A DNA stretch of 32,532 bases. It comes from Comamonadaceae bacterium (GTDB lineage: Bacteria > Pseudomonadota > Gammaproteobacteria > Burkholderiales > Burkholderiaceae_C). Position numbers and translations under genes: made by a program. Below the pieces are notes generated by a model. It ran no database searches, was not told where the DNA came from, and saw nothing but the letters and a program-made list of their open reading frames with translations. How positions within the stretch are numbered: the stretch's first letter is position 1; every line of letters starts with the position of its first letter. Location: positions 1 to 32,532 of the forward strand of contig JAYVNK010000315.1 of the NCBI GenBank assembly GCA_043758475.1. Direction: 5' to 3'. Shown in pieces: positions 24,246 through 32,532 of the stretch.

Positions 24246-24380
24246 TTAGACAGCCAGCCGCTTGCGGCCTTTGGCGCGCCGCGCGTTGATCACGGCGCGA
24301 CCCCCGCGGGTTTTCATGCGGACCAGGAAACCGTGAGTGCGCGCGCGGCGGATTTTGGAGGGTTGGTATGTGCGTTTCAT
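24246..24380 (-). CDS. rpmH: 50S ribosomal protein L34
   Basis: Hand-translated 44 aa, [44 protein letters not shown]. Not in the ORF track because it is under 60 aa. Confidence 0.95.
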   Translation of the reverse strand: MKRTYQPSKIRRARTHGFLVRMKTRGGRAVINARRAKGRKRLAV

Positions 24381-24527
24381 TTGAAAATTTCAGGTGTCGA
24401 ATTCAGGATAGCTTTCGATTATCGCAAATTTATTGAATCGCGGCAACACCTTACCCTGTCAACAGCGTGTAACGCTGTAAGTGCTGCTGCCACCGAACCC
24501 TGTTGGATCTCCCAACGCGTCAGTGCT

Positions 24528-24536
24528 TGTGGATAA
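24528..24536 (-). promoter_or_regulatory. DnaA box, perfect TTATCCACA (on minus strand)
   Basis: TGTGGATAA read at 24528..24536, 66 bp upstream of the dnaA ATG. Confidence 0.7.
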
Positions 24537-24576
24537 ATCCTTGATAAATTACAATCAGCGGTGCTTCAAAATAAAA

Positions 24577-24585
24577 CTATCCACA
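24577..24585 (+). promoter_or_regulatory. DnaA box, 8/9 (CTATCCACA)
   Basis: Read directly from the sequence, 17 bp upstream of the dnaA ATG. Confidence 0.55.
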
Positions 24586-24601
24586 GACGCTGGCAAGAAT
24601 A

Positions 24602-26014
24602 ATGGCCGAGGGACTTCACAGCGGCCAGACTGGCCCAACGGGGCCCGATGTAGGGCAAAGCCTGTGGCTTTCCTGTGTCGATCAATTGGCGCAGGAGCTG
24701 CCAGAGCAGCAGTTCAATACCTGGATCAAGCCTCTGTCAGCCCAAGTTATGGATGACCTGTCCAAGGTCACCATTTTTGTAGCCAACCGGTTCAAGCTGG
24801 ACTGGGTGCGCGCCCAATACAGTGGCCGGATTGCTGCCCTTCTGGAAAAACTGTACGGTCAAACCATCTCGGTTGAGTTAGCGCTCGCTCCGCGTGAAAG
24901 CGCTGTCCGATACCCAGTTGCCCCTAGTGGCGTAGAGCCAATCCCAAGCGAAGAGCCGGTTGAACTGGGTGAGGAGCGCACACAAAGTGGCCCAAAAAAC
25001 CGGCTCAACACTGGACTGACCTTTGACACTCTGATTGAAGGCACAGCCAATCGCATGGCGCGGGCTGCGGCCATGCACGTCTCCAGCACACCAGGCCACT
25101 TGTACAACCCGCTCTTCATTTATGGGGGTGTGGGTCTGGGCAAGACCCACCTTATGCACGCGGTCGGCAACAAGCTGCTGCATGACAAACCCCAGTCCAA
25201 AATTCTCTACATCCACGCGGAGCAATTTGTATCCGATGTGGTCAAGGCCTACCAGCGCAAAACCTTTGACGAGTTCAAAGACCGCTATCACTCTCTGGAC
25301 CTGCTGCTGATTGATGATGTGCAGTTTTTTGCCAATAAAGAGCGCACACAGGAGGAGTTTTTCAACGCGTTTGAAGCACTGCTGGCCAAGAAATCACACA
25401 TTGTGATGACCAGCGACACTTACCCAAAGGGCCTGGCTGACATCCATGAGAGGCTGGTTTCGCGTTTCGATTCTGGTTTGACGGTCGCCATTGAGCCGCC
25501 TGAGCTAGAGATGCGGGTCGCCATCCTTATCAACAAAGCGCGCATTGAGGGCACAGAAATGCCCGAAGAAGTGGCTTTTTTTGTAGCCAAGAATGTGCGC
25601 TCCAACGTGCGCGAGCTCGAAGGTGCCTTGCGCAAGATCCTGGCCTACTCACGCTTTAACCAGAAAGACATATCGATTCAGCTGGCCCGCGAGGCACTGC
25701 GCGACCTGCTTTCCATCCAGAACCGGCAGATTTCGGTTGAGAACATCCAGAAGACCGTGGCTGACTACTACAAAATCAAGGTCGCTGACATGTACTCAAA
25801 AAAGCGGCCGGCCAGCATTGCGCGCCCGCGCCAGATTGCAATGTACCTGGCGAAGGAGTTGACCCAAAAAAGCCTGCCAGAGATTGGTGAGCTGTTTGGT
25901 GGGCGAGATCACACCACCGTGTTGCACGCGGTGCGCAAGATTGGTGGCGAACGGCAGCAAGTGACTGAGCTGAACCAGCAATTGCACGTGCTTGAACAAA
26001 CCCTTAAAGGTTGA
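24602..26014 (+). CDS. dnaA: chromosomal replication initiator protein DnaA
   Basis: 470 aa. Walker [14 protein letters not shown], box VII/sensor regions, and C-terminal DNA-binding helix (..[34 protein letters not shown]). Confidence 0.97.
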   Translation: MAEGLHSGQTGPTGPDVGQSLWLSCVDQLAQELPEQQFNTWIKPLSAQVMDDLSKVTIFVANRFKLDWVRAQYSGRIAALLEKLYGQTISVELALAPRESAVRYPVAPSGVEPIPSEEPVELGEERTQSGPKNRLNTGLTFDTLIEGTANRMARAAAMHVSSTPGHLYNPLFIYGGVGLGKTHLMHAVGNKLLHDKPQSKILYIHAEQFVSDVVKAYQRKTFDEFKDRYHSLDLLLIDDVQFFANKERTQEEFFNAFEALLAKKSHIVMTSDTYPKGLADIHERLVSRFDSGLTVAIEPPELEMRVAILINKARIEGTEMPEEVAFFVAKNVRSNVRELEGALRKILAYSRFNQKDISIQLAREALRDLLSIQNRQISVENIQKTVADYYKIKVADMYSKKRPASIARPRQIAMYLAKELTQKSLPEIGELFGGRDHTTVLHAVRKIGGERQQVTELNQQLHVLEQTLKG

Positions 26015-26104
26015 TAAGCGACAGAAAATGACTGAAACCGCTGTAAACATGGTACAAATCTGGCTGTGCAGGAAGCTGGGGATAGTTTGCATGAAAGAGA
26101 AGGG

Positions 26105-26113
26105 TTATCCACA
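26105..26113 (+). promoter_or_regulatory. DnaA box, perfect TTATCCACA, in the dnaA-dnaN spacer
   Basis: Read directly from the sequence. Weaker 7/9 boxes lie at 26224..26232 (ATGTCCACA) and 26247..26255 (TTATCTACT). An AT-rich run lies at 26250..26287. Confidence 0.65.
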
Positions 26114-26295
26114 GGATCAACCCTGTTTCAAAAGTTATTCATATTTCATGGACACTTCACAAGCATGGCTGCGCACAGCATTCAACCGTAGCCAAGTGCT
26201 TGATAAAGAAGGGGAAAATGAGGATGTCCACAGACCCGCGCTGCCCTTATCTACTACTACTAATTTAAATTAAAGAAACTAAAGAAGAGGTTGAC

Positions 26296-27402
26296 ATGAT
26301 CGTCCTGAAGGCAACACAAGACAAAGTTCTATCGGTTCTGCAATCGGTATCCGGCATTGTTGAGCGTCGGCACACTTTACCAATTCTGGCCAACGTGCTC
26401 ATTCGCAAAACCGGAACATCGCTCCAGCTGACCACGAGTGATCTTGAAATCCAGATCCGTACCACCGCCGAGCTCGATGGCGATAGCGGCAACTTCACCA
26501 CCACCATCGGCGCACGCAAGCTGATCGACATTATGCGCACCATGCCGGTGGACCAGACGGTGTCGCTGGAGTCCAGCCAGAGCAAGTTGATTCTCAAGGG
26601 GGGCAAGAGCAAGTTCACGCTGCAGACCCTGCCTGCCGAAGACTTTCCGCTGGTGCAGGAATCTGCCAATTTTGGCCCGGTGTTCAGCGTGCCGCAAAAA
26701 ACGCTGAAAGACCTGCTGAGCCAAGTCTCGTTTGCGATGGCGGTGCACGACATCCGCTACTACCTCAACGGCATCTTGTTCGTGGCCGAAGGCAAGCAGT
26801 TAAGCCTGGTGGCTACAGACGGCCACCGCCTGGCCTTTGCATCTGCCATGCTCGATGTGGAGGTGCCCAAACAGGAGGTTATCTTGCCGCGCAAAACCGT
26901 GATCGAGATGCAGCGCCTGCTCAGCGAAGCCGATGGCGCGATTGAAATGCAGTTTGCCAACAACCAGGCCAAGTTCAGTTTTGAGGGTATGGAGTTTGTC
27001 ACCAAGCTGGTTGAGGGCAAGTTCCCGGACTACAACCGTGTGATCCCGAAGAACCACAAGAACATCATTACGCTGGGCCGCGTGGCCCTGCTCGCATCGC
27101 TGCAACGCACGGCCATTTTGACCAGCGACAAGTTCAAGGGCGTGCGCTTGAACATCGATCCCGGCACCTTGCGCGTGGCCTCCAACAATGCCGAGCAGGA
27201 AGAGGCGGTGGACGAGCTTGACATTGACTACGGGGGTGACAGCATCGAGATTGGTTTCAACGTCACCTACCTGATTGATGCTTTGACGAACATGACCCAG
27301 GAGATGGTCAGGGTGGAGCTGTCTGATTCCAATAGCTCGGCCCTTCTCACCATTCCCGACAATGCCACTTTCAAGTATGTTGTGATGCCCATGCGGATAT
27401 GA
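26296..27402 (+). CDS. dnaN: DNA polymerase III beta sliding clamp
   Basis: 368 aa. MIVLKATQDKVLSVLQSVSGIVERRHTLPILANVLI.. and C-terminal ..YVVMPMRI. GAAGAGG RBS upstream. Confidence 0.97.
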   Translation: MIVLKATQDKVLSVLQSVSGIVERRHTLPILANVLIRKTGTSLQLTTSDLEIQIRTTAELDGDSGNFTTTIGARKLIDIMRTMPVDQTVSLESSQSKLILKGGKSKFTLQTLPAEDFPLVQESANFGPVFSVPQKTLKDLLSQVSFAMAVHDIRYYLNGILFVAEGKQLSLVATDGHRLAFASAMLDVEVPKQEVILPRKTVIEMQRLLSEADGAIEMQFANNQAKFSFEGMEFVTKLVEGKFPDYNRVIPKNHKNIITLGRVALLASLQRTAILTSDKFKGVRLNIDPGTLRVASNNAEQEEAVDELDIDYGGDSIEIGFNVTYLIDALTNMTQEMVRVELSDSNSSALLTIPDNATFKYVVMPMRI

Positions 27403-27445
27403 CACTGTAAAAATAGTAGTAGAAAACTTGAAGTCGCTCCGAAAA

Positions 27446-27468
27446 GAACCCGCAGTCCATGCGGGTTC
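27446..27468 (+). terminator. 9-bp stem hairpin after dnaN
   Basis: GAACCCGCA-GTCCA-TGCGGGTTC, with an outer ACTTGAA/TTCAAGT pairing (27426..27432 / 27474..27480). There is no clear T tract. Confidence 0.45.
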
Positions 27469-27538
27469 AGTCATTCAAGTGTTTAAAAAAACATTTCCAA
27501 AGCGCCACCCAAGCGATACCAAAGCGTTACCAAAGTAA

Positions 27539-30169
<2,631 letters not shown>

Positions 30170-30193
30170 AAGCGCAATCATCTGGCGATCACC

Positions 30194-31345
30194 ATGGCAC
30201 GGGTCACCCGTCGGAGACTGTTGATTGGGGGCGGCGTGGGCCTCGTGGCTGCGGTGGGCGTGGCTGGCTATTTTGCCAAGCACCCCAGGCCTGCACCCAT
30301 TGGTTTAGAGGTCACACCGCAAGAGTTGGCCAAGGCGCGCGCGCTGCTGGCCCGCCACATTTCTGTGGATGCCCATGCCCACCCCGGCCGTACATTTGTG
30401 GATGGGGCCGAGAATCTTTCGGGCCTGGTCTGGGTCTACGCGAAGCTCGGCACGTTTGAAGCAAGAACCCTTGCCGATATGCAGGCCGGTGGGCTGTCGG
30501 CTGCGGCCTTTGCCGCCGTATCGGATTTTCAAGCGCTGGGCACAGCCGGCGAAGGGCTGGCAGCGGTGCGCGACTTCGGGCCTGGCGAAGCCTGGTCAAG
30601 CTACCAGCGCCAAATTGGCAACCTCAAGGCACTCGCGACCCGTGGGCTGGTGTTCCCAATCAAGACGCTGGCCGATTTTCAGGCCGCCAAGGCAGCGGCC
30701 AAGGTGGGCGCGATGTGGACCGTGGAAGGTGGGGATTTCCTTGAAGGCAAGCCCGAGCGCGTGGCGGTTGCCTACGCCGACGGCGTGCGGTCCATCACGC
30801 TGCTGCACTATCGCAACAACGAGCTTGGCGACACCATCACGGGCACCCCCGTGCACGGAAAAATTACCAGCGCAGGCATCGCGGTGGTCAAGGCCATGAA
30901 TGCCGCCGGCATGCTGGTGGATGTGGCCCACGCGTCGCAAGCGACCGCGATGGGTGCCATCAACGCTTCGTCAAAACCGGTGATTGCGTCGCATGTCCAT
31001 GTCCAAACGCCTAAACTGTCACACCCGCGGTTTATTTCTCTTGACCTGGCCAAAGCGGTGGCACAGACGGGTGGCGGTGTGCTCGGGGCCTGGCCTGCAG
31101 GGATTGGCGTCGTGGACCTCAATGGCTTTGTGGACCGGGCGTTTGAGCTGGTCGACCATGTTGGCATTGACCACGTCTGCCTGGGCACCGACATGGATGC
31201 GAATTACAAGCCTGTGTTCGATACCTATGCCAATTTGCCGCTGTTCGTTGCGGGCCTGCTCAAGCGTGGCATGCATGAACCCGAGGTGGCGAAGCTGACT
31301 GGCGGAAATTTTCTTCGGGTGTTTGCGCGGGTGCAGGGGGGTTGA
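30194..31345 (+). CDS. M19-family (renal-type) membrane dipeptidase with Tat-like signal
   Basis: MARVTRRRLLIGG.. signal. Metal-binding-like VDAHAHP and HV..H regions. The C-terminal GGNFLRVF is typical of peptidase M19. Confidence 0.75.
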   Translation: MARVTRRRLLIGGGVGLVAAVGVAGYFAKHPRPAPIGLEVTPQELAKARALLARHISVDAHAHPGRTFVDGAENLSGLVWVYAKLGTFEARTLADMQAGGLSAAAFAAVSDFQALGTAGEGLAAVRDFGPGEAWSSYQRQIGNLKALATRGLVFPIKTLADFQAAKAAAKVGAMWTVEGGDFLEGKPERVAVAYADGVRSITLLHYRNNELGDTITGTPVHGKITSAGIAVVKAMNAAGMLVDVAHASQATAMGAINASSKPVIASHVHVQTPKLSHPRFISLDLAKAVAQTGGGVLGAWPAGIGVVDLNGFVDRAFELVDHVGIDHVCLGTDMDANYKPVFDTYANLPLFVAGLLKRGMHEPEVAKLTGGNFLRVFARVQGG

Positions 31346-31403
31346 GGAAGCGCTCTCAAGTTCCGCGTAAAACTGCCGATTGGGATGCGCCTGCGCGCAG
31401 CCT

Positions 31404-32042
31404 TCACGGCGCCACATAGGTTGCTAGATACTCCGCCACCATCTCCAACTCATCCACAGCAAGGCCCTGCGCTGCGGACGTCATGGTGCCATCCAGGTCG
31501 GCGCGAGTAGAGGCTTTGAATGCCTTGAGCTGCTCCAGCAAGTAAGGCTTGTGCTGCCCGGCGAGCCGGGGGATGTGTTGCTGCCCCACCAGCGTTGGCG
31601 TGTGGCAGGCCACGCAATTGTTCTTTTCTGTGACGGCGCGGGCGCGGGCGACGATGTCCGCTTCAGGCTGGCGTGTGGGCAGCGTCATTTTTTGCGCTGC
31701 GTAGTATTGCGCCAGATCATTCAAATCGGCATTGCTGAGCTTGGCGGCAAATGGCGTCATTTGCTCATTTTTGCGCTGACCTTCCCGAAACATGAACAGG
31801 GCCTGCGTGATGAACTGGCGCGGCTGGCCGGCCAGTGACGGAATGGTGGGAATGACAGAGTTGCCATCGGCGCCGTGGCAGGCGGCGCAGACTTGCGATT
31901 TGACGCGGCCCTCTTCCAGACCGGCATGAACATTGAACGACAGAGTACAAAACGCAAAAACGGCAGCCGTTTTCAGGGTCGCCGCTTTGCGCCCCGCGCG
32001 CACATTCCATGAAAGTGAACGTGCTGCCGGGGCCGGTTTCAT
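31404..32042 (-). CDS. dihaem c-type cytochrome (c4-like)
   Basis: Two CXXCH motifs (CAACH, CVACH) and an N-terminal signal sequence. 4-nt overlap with the upstream dehydrogenase gene. Confidence 0.85.
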   Translation of the reverse strand: MKPAPAARSLSWNVRAGRKAATLKTAAVFAFCTLSFNVHAGLEEGRVKSQVCAACHGADGNSVIPTIPSLAGQPRQFITQALFMFREGQRKNEQMTPFAAKLSNADLNDLAQYYAAQKMTLPTRQPEADIVARARAVTEKNNCVACHTPTLVGQQHIPRLAGQHKPYLLEQLKAFKASTRADLDGTMTSAAQGLAVDELEMVAEYLATYVAP

Positions 32043-32532
32043 GAAGACTTCTTGCTGTAGCTGACGCGGTAGACAACCCCGTTGTAATCGTCAGAGAACA
32101 GAATCGAACCGTCCTTCATTTGCAGGATGTCGGTTGGGCGGCCCCACATCGGTGGATCGCCCCGGTCGTTCTCAAGGAAGCCGTCGATGAACGCATGCTT
32201 GGTGGCCTTGCCTTTGGCGTCCACCGTCACACGGATCACGTTATAGCCCTGTTTTGGGTCGCGGTTCCAGGAGCCCTTCTGGGCAATCAGCATGCTGTTT
32301 TTATACTCTTTGGGAAACATGTTGCCGGTGTAGAACTTCATGCCCACGGGTGCAATATGGGCACCCAGCTTGAGCGCGGGCGGCGTGAACTCGCTGCATG
32401 ACCGGTTGGCACCGTAGATGGGGTCCTGCACGTCGCCCTGGTGGCAATACGGAAAGCCAAAGTGCTGGCCTTTGGTCTTTGCCACGTTGAGTTCGTCATT
32501 GGGCATATCGGTGCCCATCCAGTCGCGGCCAT
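32039..32532 (-). CDS. PQQ-dependent (sorbosone/glucose dehydrogenase-like) sugar dehydrogenase, C-terminal part; N-terminus outside window
   Basis: ..GFPYCHQGDVQDPIYG..APVGMKFYTG..GSWNR..RPTDILQMKDGSILFSDDYNGVVYRV is typical of the beta-propeller soluble PQQ dehydrogenases. Coupled to a cytochrome c gene. Confidence 0.75.
   Translation of the reverse strand, partial: GRDWMGTDMPNDELNVAKTKGQHFGFPYCHQGDVQDPIYGANRSCSEFTPPALKLGAHIAPVGMKFYTGNMFPKEYKNSMLIAQKGSWNRDPKQGYNVIRVTVDAKGKATKHAFIDGFLENDRGDPPMWGRPTDILQMKDGSILFSDDYNGVVYRVSYSKKSS

Noticed and set aside
25992-26273. 93-aa ORF (81 aa from ATG 26028) filling the dnaA-dnaN spacer
   Set aside because: There is no Shine-Dalgarno sequence. The composition is AT-rich and unlike neighbouring genes, and the ORF overlaps the DnaA boxes and the candidate unwinding element. 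It is more likely non-coding origin or promoter DNA.

Overview
High-GC (about 60-65% by eye) proteobacterial chromosome centred on the replication-origin gene block. rpmH-rnpA-yidD-yidC-mnmE lie on the minus strand and dnaA-dnaN-gyrB on the plus strand, with no recF. That order is typical of Burkholderiales/Comamonadaceae-like genomes, but this taxonomic guess is inference only. All family calls come from reading the supplied translations for motifs; no searches were run.

Left of the origin is an accessory stretch containing:
- a decaying catabolic cluster (class-III aminotransferase, Rieske ferredoxin, broken SDR, cupin, class II aldolase)
- a low-GC islet packed with repeats
- small secreted and membrane proteins
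- a CHASE3 histidine kinase with a NarL-type regulator and an extra receiver
- a DUF1328/DUF883/YqjE/YqjK-like envelope-stress cluster
- two more pseudogenes (CRTAC1/ASPIC-like and an alpha/beta-hydrolase remnant)
- a stand-alone homocysteine-binding MetH module
- a BrnT/BrnA toxin-antitoxin pair
- two beta-lactamase-family serine hydrolases flanking a RidA pseudogene
- nested IS debris next to mnmE

Right of gyrB are an M19 dipeptidase, a dihaem cytochrome c and a partial PQQ-type sugar dehydrogenase.

I did not find a convincing large multi-gene novel system such as a defence island. The signals most worth a second look are:
1. An AT-rich dispersed repeat of about 55 bp with at least 7 copies, usually abutting gene 3' ends.
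2. An 87-bp, 31%-GC patch inside essential mnmE, next to a non-canonical G4 motif.
3. A 74-aa ORF translationally coupled to an IstB fragment and ending in an SSB-like DDDVPF tail.
4. A second repeat of about 140 bp present in two copies, with a 24-nt exact core.
5. A perfect 73-bp tandem duplication spanning a stop codon.
6. A high local density of genuinely decayed genes.
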